DNA of 62,883 nt, filler included, from Craspedostauros australis (lineage: Eukaryota), in NCBI GenBank assembly GCA_030167865.1. It is 19 parts of 19 records of this genome, joined end to end, with 100 filler letters (N's around TTAATTAATTAA, not from the genome) between each part and the next. Parts side by side here need not be neighbours in the genome. Positions count along the whole stretch, not along the records: positions 22,217 to 26,784 come from JALAGF010001307.1; positions 26,885 to 28,575 come from JALAGF010001308.1; positions 28,676 to 30,321 come from JALAGF010001310.1; positions 30,422 to 32,163 come from JALAGF010001311.1; positions 32,264 to 35,841 come from JALAGF010001312.1; 14 more parts are not named here. One strand, 5' to 3'. The stretch's first letter is position 1. Every line of letters starts with the position of its first letter. The notes beneath the pieces are model-generated. The model saw nothing but the letters and a program-made list of their open reading frames with translations, did no database searches and was not told where the DNA came from. Shown here one piece after another: positions 24,508 through 34,787 of this stretch. The translations under genes were made by a program, and so were the position numbers.

Positions 24508-25413
24508 ATGTCAACATCTTGGAGAAGAGGTTGTGCACGACTTCGTTTCGTCTCATCGACCCATCAAAGATCCAACCTGAGAACATTCGCATCATCAACA
24601 ACAGCAGCAGCATCATCAACAGCCCTCCTCAGAGCACCGACCACACAGCGAACGCCGCTGCAACGACGTCACCACCACCTCCACGCCGGGATCATGAAGC
24701 TTCCCATCCACACAACGTCCTTCTGCATGATGCTGTTCTCCACAACAAGACAAGCCGCTGCATTCCAATCCTCAATGCCCCACTCGATATCACACAGCAT
24801 GGATGCGATTCGCCATCAAGCGAGAATACCGATTGCGTTGCAATCCGCCTTTACTACCGCCAAATATCCTGCGTCCAAGCGCTGGATGTCCAGCGACAGC
24901 CACGACGCGGAGCCCACGTTCACGAAGGGAAGCAAGGTGCAGGTCGAGGTGGTGGACTTCGGACCGCTCGGAGCCTCCGTGGAATTGATCGGCATCGGCC
25001 ATGAACAGGACAATCTGCTGTCGGTGGACGACGAACCCTACGGTCTGGGATTGATCTTGCAGGACGAGATATCGTACTTCCGTCAAGGCCGCAACAACCT
25101 GGATGTCGTGCGCGGTGAGATACTGCCAGCCTACGTGGCGGACAATTCACGTGAAGATGGCAAGATGCTCTTCTCTCTGCGCGTCTACGGTGGCAAAGGC
25201 AAGGCGGATGAGGTCAGCACCAAGATCATGGAACAGCTCGAGGCATCTCAGGACGGGACGATCGCAGTCGGTGACAAGTCGTCGCCGCAGGATATCAACG
25301 CACTGTTCCCTGGCGTCAGCAAGGGATCCTTCAAGAAGGCGGTGGGCGCGCTGTATCGCAAGGGGATGGTGCAACCGAGTCCCAACTCTGTTGCTCTTGT
25401 CGACAAGTCATAA
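24508..25413 (+). CDS. CvfB-like RNA-binding protein (S1 domain + C-terminal winged helix) with an organelle-targeting extension
   Basis: S1-like KVQVEVVDFGPLGASV...GLI...G..LPAYV...REDGK..SLR; CvfB-type WH GDKSSPQDI...FPGVSKGSFKKAVGALYRKG. Confidence 0.8.
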   Translation: MSTSWRRGCARLRFVSSTHQRSNLRTFASSTTAAASSTALLRAPTTQRTPLQRRHHHLHAGIMKLPIHTTSFCMMLFSTTRQAAAFQSSMPHSISHSMDAIRHQARIPIALQSAFTTAKYPASKRWMSSDSHDAEPTFTKGSKVQVEVVDFGPLGASVELIGIGHEQDNLLSVDDEPYGLGLILQDEISYFRQGRNNLDVVRGEILPAYVADNSREDGKMLFSLRVYGGKGKADEVSTKIMEQLEASQDGTIAVGDKSSPQDINALFPGVSKGSFKKAVGALYRKGMVQPSPNSVALVDKS

Positions 25414-25510
25414 GCTAGAATACCATATGGTGGATCTGTGCACTTATCCGTGTCGCTTTCGTTGGCGACGTCACCACGTCCTGGACACCGATCAACGTTG
25501 CCGGGCTGGA

Positions 25511-25911
25511 CTGGACTGGGCTTCTATCTCGCATTCTTCAGCATCGGCATGGGACCAGGCATCTGGTTGATCCTTTCGGAAGTCTTTCCAAGCAGCGTCC
25601 GCATCAAGGCGACGAGCGTCGCAACCTTTTTCAACCGCTTGACGGGGACCTTGATGTCCTCCACCTTCCTTTCCACGGCATCGGCGATGAGTTGGACGGG
25701 GGCCTTCCTGCTGCTTGCCGCCGTCTGCACAATATCGGCGCTCTTCATCTTCTTCAATCTGCCAGAAACGAAAGGCAGGTCCTTGGAGGATATGCCCATG
25801 TACTTTGCCGAAATCACCGGCGATCAAAGCTTGCTGGAGGCGGAAGACAAGGCCGTGGAGAAGCGACGATCTACCGCAGCGGCAGGGATCGAGGCAGTCA
25901 CACTCAGTTAG
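25511..25911 (+). pseudogene. C-terminal fragment of an MFS sugar/polyol transporter (last TM helices only)
   Basis: FFSIGMGPGIWLILSEVFP..R.KA.S.....NR and LPETKGRSLE sugar-porter motifs; no room for the first ~9 helices after the upstream stop at 25413. Confidence 0.8.
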
Positions 25912-26070
25912 GGGCAACAACTGAAGTATCTGAGGGCCATCCCATTTCGTGTTGACGCCTGCTTCTCACTGGAGTCTTCATCTTTCGTATCTCGTATCTC
26001 GTATCTCGTGTACGTACAACAAATCATCCAACTCATCCAACTCGCCCAGGACAACTTCGCTCGTCTACTN

Positions 26071-26784
26071 AACGGTCTTGGAGGTCAAAGGTGCAACTTC
26101 GTGAACCAAATCGAGGCGGATATATCTGTCACAACATGCCTACGCTGCGATTGGGACAACTAGGATCAGCATGAAGGTCAACATGGGGCAGACCAGCAGT
26201 CCATCGTACATTGGAGGAAGCGTAGGATACCCACACTACGTTTGCATCATCCTCAAAAGGCTAATCATCATCGTCATCAGATTCGTTGCTGCCCTCCGCG
26301 CTTGACATTTACTTGTTGTGTGTGCTCTCATTACTCCACCATGCAGACACTTGCAGAACACTGCTTGTGGCCATGAGGACATACTCTCCAGAGTGCATCA
26401 CGCTGGAATAGTATGATGGACTGAGGCGCTTGATGCACAGTCCTCTATCTCGGCTTACTCCCCACGTTGTTAATCCATGAGTGTCCCAAGATCTGTGCCA
26501 CTCAGAACAACCATTGACGCAGAACCGTCCCGTCGCATTGGCACTAGTTGCGGTTCTGCTCCGCTCTCGTTCACGTGAGCTTCTCTAAATAGGTGGCAAC
26601 TTCGTAATACAAGAATCCTTCGCGCCGAACGCACTCGAGCGGAGTCTTCCCATCGTTGTTGCGAGCATTGAGATCAGCTCCACACGACTCCACCAGATAC
26701 TTCACAACCTTCAAATACTCGCCATAATGGGCCTGTGAGCATGCTGTGTGGAGCAAGGTGTTTCCATGTGCATCTCGGGTGCTG
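26071..26784 (-). repeat. Duplicate of the ankyrin gene 3' end and downstream DNA (reverse complement of 21403-22116)
   Basis: Identical by eye; ORF 26571-26756 repeats the C-terminus. Confidence 0.95.
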
Positions 26785-26884
26785 NNNNNNNNNNNNNNNN
26801 NNNNNNNNNNNNNNNNNNNNNNNNNNNNTTAATTAATTAANNNNNNNNNNNNNNNNNNNNNNNNNNNNNNNNNNNNNNNNNNNN

Positions 26885-27252
26885 CCATGAAGATCATGGA
26901 TACTGAAGGTGAACTTCAAATGGTAAGTACTCATGGAGTAGGAACCAGTACTAAATGAACAGAGTGTCGAATGCGGAGTACGCATCGAACACGAAGCATC
27001 GTGTAGCACGAGCACACGATGGTGAGAGAGAGAGAGAGAGAATACAGAGAGGAGCGAGAGAGGATCTCGCGTACCGACTCATAGTCGGAGACNNNNNNNN
27101 NNNNNNNNNNNNNNNNNNNNNNNNNNNNNNNNNNNNNNNNNNNNNNNNNNNNNNNNNNNNNNNNNNNNNNNGTAATGAAATAGCAAACAGACGACTATCA
27201 ACCAACACCATCTTCCACGATCGTAGGTTACCGTGAGCGGAACTTGCCAACA
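26885..27252 (+). repeat. Copia LTR, 3' part (LTR A)
   Basis: Ends GGAACTTGCCAACA; near-identical to 8048-8342. Confidence 0.9.
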
Positions 27253-27308
27253 GATGGTGTGCCTGACAAGACCTGCGTGGCCACAGACCCTGGAAATGGC
27301 ACCAGTGA

Positions 27309-28109
27309 TGTTGAGATGTACATGTGAGTACATGTCAAGATGTACGTGTATATGTGCATCGTTCACCCGTTATTCTCTTCTACGTACCTGGACGGTAAAA
27401 CTACACTCGTGTCGATAGTATGCTGTGATTTGTCTGAATCACAGTGGAAATGGAACACACGAAAATGAGCAGAATTTCTGGAGGAAATTTGCAATCGACG
27501 ATTTCTGAGAGAATTAGAAATCTTGTCCGTCCATCCATCAATGGTACCAAGAGAATCTCGAGATACTTCCCAACTAAACCTCAGATGACAATATCATCTG
27601 AGAGACCACTGCATCACCAATGGAACATGACATCTGGAGAGCAGAAGGACGCCTACTGACGTTGACAGGATGTCATCATGTCACCACATTGACATCTGTC
27701 TCCATGTCAGAGCAGGAGGCAAAGATCTGATGACCGAAGGGCATCAAGATCATGGATACAAGAGGTGAAGTTCAAACGGTGAGTACTCATGGAGTAGGAA
27801 CCTGTAATGAACAAACAGAGTGTTGAATGCGGAGTACGCATCAAACATGGAGTATTGTGTAGCACAGGTACACAATATTGAGAGAGAGAGAGAGAGAGAA
27901 TACAAAGAATAGCAAGAGAGCATCTTGCGTACCGACTCATAGTCGGACCATCCAATCTACAAGATAGACAAACGTGCCAAGAGCATTGGTCAAGACAACG
28001 GAGACACCAAGAGGATTGGAGTGCTCAGCCAATGAAATAGCAAACAGACCAACTATCAACAACACCGTCTTCCATGATCGTAGGCTTCCGTGACTGGAAC
28101 TTGCCAACA
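27309..28109 (+). mobile_element. Complete solo LTR (801 bp) of the copia family (LTR B), with TSD CAGTGA
   Basis: TGTTG...CAACA ends; CAGTGA at 27303-27308 and 28110-28115; the start matches the sequence after the PPT at 58828. Confidence 0.9.
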
Positions 28110-28169
28110 CAGTGATGTCCCTCCATGAGAGCACTATCGAAAAATCACAAGGGGAGAGCAAAAGCAAAG

Positions 28170-28239
28170 TACCATGCCGGGATTCGAACCCGGAACCTCA
28201 GTGAGAATTACTGGTGCTCTACCGTTGAGCTACAGGCGA
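28170..28239 (-). ncRNA. tRNA-like sequence (pseudo-tRNA or SINE head), TTC in the anticodon position
   Basis: A box TAGCTCAACGGTAGAGC; perfect T arm CCGGG-TTCGAAT-CCCGG; 4/5-bp anticodon stem; mismatched acceptor stem; TTTT 7-10 nt downstream. Confidence 0.65.
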
Positions 28240-28493
28240 TGCGATTGCTGATCCGAACACAAGTGAAATTTATAGATAGTGGGGGCTACGGGAGTAACGT
28301 ACTTAGCACTATTCGATTTTGTGCTGATACCCTCTCAGCACTGGGGAGAATGTAACACCAGATGCCTTCAACTTCATCACTGGCTCTGGCCTCACCAACA
28401 CCATGGCATGCAACAACCTGGCCACCCTCCTTCACTTTCACTTCAACAAGGTTCCTATGGTCACTGAGCCCTCCTATGCCGCCATTGGGCATT

Positions 28494-28575
28494 TGTCGAG
28501 ATGTACATGTGAGTATATATCAAGATGTACGTGTATATGTGCATCGTTCACCCGCTATTCTCTCATACGCACTTG
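28494..28575 (+). repeat. Copia LTR, 5' start (LTR C)
   Basis: TGTCGAGATGTACATGTGAG... matches 27309 onward. Confidence 0.85.
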
Positions 28576-28675
28576 NNNNNNNNNNNNNNNNNNNNNNNNN
28601 NNNNNNNNNNNNNNNNNNNTTAATTAATTAANNNNNNNNNNNNNNNNNNNNNNNNNNNNNNNNNNNNNNNNNNNN

Positions 28676-28937
28676 CGAACATGTAGTATCGCGTAGCACG
28701 AAGCACATAATGCTGAGACAGAGAGAATACGAAGAGCAGCGAGAGAGCATCTCGCACACTGACTCATAGTTGGAGACTGAATCTACAAAACAGATTGAAG
28801 TGCCAAGAGCATCAGGCAAGAGAACGAATGGACACCAAGAGGATTGGAGTGCCAACGTAATGAAATAGCAAATGAACGACTGTCAACCAATACCATCTTC
28901 CACAATCATAGGCTTCCGTGAGCGGAACTTGCCAACA
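28676..28937 (+). repeat. Copia LTR, 3' part (diverged copy)
   Basis: Ends GCGGAACTTGCCAACA; no internal sequence follows. Confidence 0.88.
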
Positions 28938-29946
28938 TGCATGCTCAGTTCTCTTCTGGATATGCTTTTCTGGAATCTCTTGGTTGGGTAAACTGTGGAT
29001 TCTCTGGTTGGGTCAAGTGGTGTGCTGGATGCTCCTCCCTCTCTCTCTCTCTTGTAAATCATCACTGCCAATTCACTACTGCTTGCCAAATGACATCTGG
29101 CAAGGATCACTGCTGATGCATTGATAGCTGGTGGTGGCAGAATACTCTGATCGATGCTCAGCCGTGCGTGAAGTTGTTGGGTGTGATCAGAAGCTCTCCA
29201 GCTGCTGTCTGGAGCCGCCCACTCATTGTTGATCGTTGGCAGATGTTTCAGCTCCTGCCGCATGCTGTGTTCTGATTGGCGAGTTGTTTCAAAATACAGA
29301 ATGCAGTCTGCATGTTGAATAATGCTGACAAATTCATTGTACATTGGTGTCTGGCAGATGCTTCGCTGGATGCCTTGCCTGCTGTTTTTGCATTGGCAAT
29401 GTGTGGTCTGATGAGATGGTGAAGACAGAGCAAAAGAACAATGTATACACCATGCATGCCCACTGTAATTGTTGCAAAGGATGATGGTGTCATTGCTGAA
29501 ACGATCAGTGACATAAGCATAGCATGCCAAGCCCATGACTTGGTGCACCGCACATCTGCGACAGANNNNNNNNNNNNNNNNNNNNNNNNNNNNNNNNNNN
29601 NNNNNNNNNNNNNNNNNNNNNNNNNNNNNNNNNNNNNNNNNNNNNNNNNNNNNNNNNNNNNNNNNNNNNNNNNNNNNNNNNNNNNNNNNNNNNNNNNNNN
29701 NNNNNNNNNNNNNNNNNNNNNNNNNNNNNNNNNNNNNNNNNNNNNNNNNNNNNNNNNNNNNNNNNNNNNNNNNNNNNNNNNNNNNNNNNNNNNNNNNNNN
29801 NNNNNGGCTGAGTATGAGAGGGTGGGAGACTGTTGTGTTGGAGTCTATTTGTTGTTGGGGATTGTTTGTTGGCATGGCTTGGGTTCTTGGCATGATATGC
29901 TTCTTCTTCCACTCTCGATCCCACTTCCACATGAGCTACATACTTG

Positions 29947-30321
29947 TGTTGATTCCAGTCCCGCCCGTGACTCGCCTGTCCATCGCCAGAACGCTATGCA
30001 CCTCGCGCCCACTTTTCTGCTAGAGACAGGCAAGCTACGATCAGGAATCCTTTCCGCAACTCCAGCGCTAATCAATACAATCTCTCATAAATATTNGCGA
30101 ACAACATTGATTCACTCACTCAGTCCTATTAACAGTTGTTCGCTAATAGCAAGTTCACCCAAACATCGGGCACCAAGACCAACACCACCACCATCATCAC
30201 CATGGCCAACAGCCACGAAAAAATCCTCGCCACATTCCCGCAGGCCGTCGTCAAGCCGATCATCGGATTGCCCACCTACGAAACCATCGCCGAACTCAAC
30301 GTTGTACTCAACGCCAACGCA
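29947..30321 (+). mobile_element. Probable 5' end of a second LTR retrotransposon family: short LTR (29947-30134) and gag start at 30202
   Basis: TGTTGAT...ATTAACA imperfect inverted ends; MANSHEKILATFPQAVVKPIIGLPTYETIAELNVVLNANA resembles N-termini of diatom copia Gag (recalled, not searched). Confidence 0.55.
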
Positions 30322-30421
30322 NNNNNNNNNNNNNNNNNNNNNNNNNNNNNNNNNNNNNNNNNNNNTTAATTAATTAANNNNNNNNNNNNNNNNNNNNNNN
30401 NNNNNNNNNNNNNNNNNNNNN

Positions 30422-31724
30422 GGCGATGCATCCGTGTTTGATGGCGAAGACGAGAAGATGATGAAGCGGGTTGATCCAGAGGTCCACCTTGGCAGCAAGC
30501 TCAAATCGCTACCGAGTCAATTCGATTCGAAAGGTGTGGACGTCATGCAACGCATCGCAGAAAGCAAGGACGGCACTGATGCTCTGCACATCATCATGTC
30601 GAATAGGCGTCCCCACGAACAAGCAGACCCACCTTTCTCTACGCCTATGGTGCCTTTGAGGTCGTGTCGGTCCGCATTACAACCTGCAACAGGTCTGGCA
30701 TGGTTGGAATGTGGCGGCGTCTGCGCGGAAACCAACATGTGCGGTGGCGGAGAATTCGGTCCAGGCTGGCATCAGGTGAGTGACAAGTGTTGTTGATGTT
30801 GCTGCTGCTGTGTATGGTCGTGTTGTACACTTGCGCATTTGCACCTGGCATGTGCGCGGCGCAGAGCAGACCCAAAAATCAGGAATGGAAAGCGTGCACA
30901 AAACAGGTGCATTGAAGGAGTACGACTTTCAGAGCTTGTGGGAACACTTGTCATTGATTCCTTGATTCTATTCCATTCGCATTCCTGCTTCAATTCACAT
31001 CATACTCACAATCGAATCATTGTCTGATTGGTATGGTATGCTATGATACTCACTGTGCCCATTATGTGGTACTATACGCACACACTCTCATCCCGAATAA
31101 TGGACTCCACTCCAACCATGTGTCTGAATTGCTGCAATATCGTCTTGCTGGAGGCCGCGGTGCGTGAAAAGCGTACCAAACCACACGAAGACTTCATCGC
31201 AGCTGCTGAGCATTTGATTTCGTCGAAGTATGAAAAGCCAAAACATTGGTCATCCACGGCAGATCCGGCGGAGGATTGGTGGCGCGGATGCTTTCGTGAT
31301 GCTCCTGAACTGTTCAGCGCGGTGCGTTGGGCAGTCGACCCATGTCATCAAGCGGTCAAAGATCTGCATTCGGACGATGCACCGATATGCGCGACGAATT
31401 TGGATCCGGACGCGTCCGATTGGAGGTGTTCATGAAGTAGATCTCGCCGTACCACAACATCAAATAGGATGCAAATTTTCTACCAATCCTATTCGCTTTC
31501 GCACGAACGATGATCGGATAACCCAGCGCATGCACGCAAGATGGTGAAGAAGCTGTGGAGACTGGTTAAGGGAAAACGATGGCTGTCATAATACGATGAG
31601 AATGTGGAGGGCGGGAACGATTTGCATGCAACGCCAAAGCAGGACGCCTTCATGACTGCGCTGGCGTACGCTTTCATGTTCATGACGTTGTCAAAGAATG
31701 CCAAAAATTCAGCTGACGCGTAAT
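30422..31724 (+). pseudogene. Possible decayed coding sequence of unknown family
   Basis: Protein-like segments (30434-30775, then GTGAGT; 31150-31724) interrupted by stops and frameshifts; no motif recognised. Confidence 0.25.
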
Positions 31725-32263
31725 GGACGGGGTTTGGATTGATGCACGCCGTGGTCTAATCGTGTATCATACCATACATAGCAAGCACATGTGCAAATTG
31801 AGTAGATGCACGGCGATGGAGGTTCCATAGTGCATGTCAAGATCGTAGCAACCAATAATATTAGAACCACTCTATACATACCAACAACAACTTCCTCTCA
31901 GAATCCCTGTGGACATGCGGCTACTGCAGTTGATATCGTCACAATGAGAGTTAATGATATCAATGTTACATAGACTAATACTATATCAATGAAATGCATG
32001 TGAGTAGTGTTGGCTTACTTGCGGTTGTCGTCAGGATCAATCATCGGAAGGCAGCAGATTGCCAGCAATCACATCAGCATCCTGCCCGTCGTATGGGCGA
32101 TCATCCAGAACCTGCTCTTCGTGCGCTTCTTCGCTTTGAGTGTTCTCCTTGGATGCCATGATCNNNNNNNNNNNNNNNNNNNNNNNNNNNNNNNNNNNNN
32201 NNNNNNNTTAATTAATTAANNNNNNNNNNNNNNNNNNNNNNNNNNNNNNNNNNNNNNNNNNNN

Positions 32264-32488
32264 GTCAACAAACACAAAAAGATCGACTAGATAGTAGTAA
32301 CAACAAGATAATGCTATTGCTTGCCTGGATAGCCCTGAGTCTTAAGTTTAGGTAGATGCAAAGAGATATTCGATTGAGTGTCTATAANTTTAAGTCTGAG
32401 TTTGGGAAAAACGGGTCCAAAATCTGTAGCCAATCATCGCCAAACATCGCCAAACATCGCCAAACATTTGGGTCCGGCTCTTTGAGGC
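32264..32488. mobile_element. Terminus of a multicopy transposon, copy 1
   Basis: The same 225 bp opens three contigs, contains CATCGCCAAA repeats and ends CTCTTTGAGGC. Confidence 0.8.
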
Positions 32489-32675
32489 ACTAGTGCTATC
32501 GTGACCCATTTTACATTCTCTGCAGGTCGTACATAGTGACTCGTGTTATGTGATGATTGCCTTATGCATTAGTACTTGCTAGTAATGTCATCTTTCTCTT
32601 TGTGTTGATATATACGGAATACTTGTGTCTGTTGCAGTCGTTCTCTGCTCGCGCCATGCTTCTTCACTGTTACAT

Positions 32676-34787
32676 TCACACCATCATCCTTACATGCACA
32701 GGTGCTGCCATTGCCAATCCACGGTTGGAGATGAAGTTAGGATGGCCGCCGGTTTTGTTGGACTCGCGGATAGCAGCGATGTACTTGGTGATCGAGTCGC
32801 ACATGGGGTACGCACCGCGGATGGAGTTGATAGTTTGATCAACTGGGATACCGTAGTCGCACTCGTTTTGAATGAGCTGCCACACGACCTTCCGGTTGGA
32901 GTACTTGGAGGTGCAGGCACCTCTCTCCGCATCAGTGAAGTCTTTTGCTGGCTTGCGACCGTCCAAGCCACAGACATACTCCTCCCACAGCTTCTCCAAA
33001 GTGATCTTGCCAACCGTCAATTTTGCAACCGACGAAGGTGGTGCGCTTTGGCTCTCGTCTCCACTGCGGCGGATGGCGACAGCTGCAGTCATTGGCGAGC
33101 TGGGGCTTTTCCCCGCCATCTCGAGGAGGACAGAGTGCACGGAGTTGAGTGTCACACTCATGCTGCCAACCTGAGCCTGCAATGCAGCAATCTCGTTGCT
33201 GTGGTGCTCTTGCATGGCTGCCATTTGGGCGGCCATGCGATCGACCTTGCTGTCAATAGTTCTGGTGATCTGCATGCTCACAACGTCTTCATGGACCGTG
33301 AACATGCCAGTTGCTGAGGAGGAAGGGTTGTAGTCCTCGTCCATGTCGACGATGTGTAGATTGCCATGGTTGTTCACCAAGGTGATCGGCACGCGCTTGA
33401 CAGGATTCATACCCTCGGGGGGAGGTGGAGAGAGGAGGCCGACCTCAAACTTGATTCGGGTGACCAACCAAGTAGGCACCATGGAAGATGCCTCGTTGTC
33501 CATGGCAGCCCAAAGGAGAGCACGGCCGGCCACCAAAGCAACTTCATGCAACACCTTCGTTGCACCCTTGGGAGTGACATGCTTGACAATCCAATCATCG
33601 TCGATTGGGACACCCTCACGGATGACATATTTGCACGGGCATGCCATGCAGAGGGCCGCAGCAACCTTGGCATCAGGGTAGGGAGAGATAGCTGGAAGAT
33701 AGTCATCCACTCTCTCCTTCCTCATCCAGCGCCCACGATCACTGATATCGCCACGTTGGCAGGTGGCACGAGCCACTGTAGCTGCATACTTGCGGGTACT
33801 GTGGGTTCCGAGAACTCCAGGCTTGACCTTGCCAAACTCATCGCTTGTCACAATGTCATGGACGACCCTGCCAACCGCAGAGTTGGTAGATGCAGGAATG
33901 CCGTGTCCTGTTCCGCCGTAGTTGAAGAGCCACTCAGGATTGCCTGGGGCGCTGTGGATGGAGGTCTCGAGATGGATGGCAAATGCAATTGTTGGGCAGA
34001 TGCTGGCATCCATGGATCCGAGGATGATCTGGAATGGAGCCGTCTCCTCGGTGATGACATTCTTGGACCAGGTCACCTGGATGGTGAGGAATTCTGGGTG
34101 TGCCTCACTCACATCGATGCTCTCATACTTGAGGTGAGCAATGCAATCCAAGCGACCGATGAGGTGCAACTGGAGCTTGATGAAGCTGCATGTGCTGAAG
34201 GAGTGCACCTCATTAGCATGGTGAAGGAATGTTTCCAAGAGTTCGATGAACTCGAACTTGTGGAATGCTCGTGTTGTCTTACTTGGAGCTCCCTGGCCAC
34301 GGCACTGGAACCTTCGGATGTTGGTGATGGCCTTGCTGATCTTGGGGGACTTGGTTGGGTTGCCTTCCTGCTTCTTTTCAGACCAGGGAATTTCGGAGTC
34401 AGGGATAATACTAGAAATTGCCTTCTTGTCGTAGAGGATGGTGAGGAGGCGGAGGCGAGTGGGGCGGTCAGCTGCCAAGGGAGCAATCTTGCCGTATGCC
34501 CTGTGGTTCATGTAGGCAAGAACTTGGTCAGGGGTGATGGAGGCATACTCCTCCTCCAAGAACGGAGCTGGATCCTTGATGGAGTACTTCGATCCATGAA
34601 TGAAATTCATGAATCGAATGACGATGTTCTTGTATCGTCCGCAGATCTTGGGAGGGCCGACGGACCTGGCCTTCCGGGGGATGACAGGTGCAGCCACGGA
34701 GCCTGCGACAATAGGCATGGGAGGAGCGGCCCTGGGGGCGGTGGCTACGGCCACAGGTACGGCAGGCGCAACAGGAGCGAAGTTCAT
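32676..34787 (-). CDS. Crypton-type (CryptonS-like) tyrosine recombinase with a C-terminal GCR1_C-like DNA-binding domain; ORF open to 34877
   Basis: GNPTKS; catalytic R (LIGR), K (WSKN), HSTRK, RGRW and Y (VDDY); PYPDAKVAAALC; C-terminal LWEEY..GL.GRKPAKDFT..ERG...YSNRKVVW. Confidence 0.88.
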   Translation of the reverse strand: MNFAPVAPAVPVAVATAPRAAPPMPIVAGSVAAPVIPRKARSVGPPKICGRYKNIVIRFMNFIHGSKYSIKDPAPFLEEEYASITPDQVLAYMNHRAYGKIAPLAADRPTRLRLLTILYDKKAISSIIPDSEIPWSEKKQEGNPTKSPKISKAITNIRRFQCRGQGAPSKTTRAFHKFEFIELLETFLHHANEVHSFSTCSFIKLQLHLIGRLDCIAHLKYESIDVSEAHPEFLTIQVTWSKNVITEETAPFQIILGSMDASICPTIAFAIHLETSIHSAPGNPEWLFNYGGTGHGIPASTNSAVGRVVHDIVTSDEFGKVKPGVLGTHSTRKYAATVARATCQRGDISDRGRWMRKERVDDYLPAISPYPDAKVAAALCMACPCKYVIREGVPIDDDWIVKHVTPKGATKVLHEVALVAGRALLWAAMDNEASSMVPTWLVTRIKFEVGLLSPPPPEGMNPVKRVPITLVNNHGNLHIVDMDEDYNPSSSATGMFTVHEDVVSMQITRTIDSKVDRMAAQMAAMQEHHSNEIAALQAQVGSMSVTLNSVHSVLLEMAGKSPSSPMTAAVAIRRSGDESQSAPPSSVAKLTVGKITLEKLWEEYVCGLDGRKPAKDFTDAERGACTSKYSNRKVVWQLIQNECDYGIPVDQTINSIRGAYPMCDSITKYIAAIRESNKTGGHPNFISNRGLAMAAPVHVRMMV

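Noticed and set aside
28170..28239. Functional tRNA-Glu gene
   Set aside because: Three acceptor-stem mismatches and an anticodon loop lacking U33; kept only as tRNA-like
6308..34787. Pairing the DIRS-like RT with the tyrosine recombinase as one element or system
   Set aside because: Different contigs, and the recombinase has Crypton (GCR1_C) architecture
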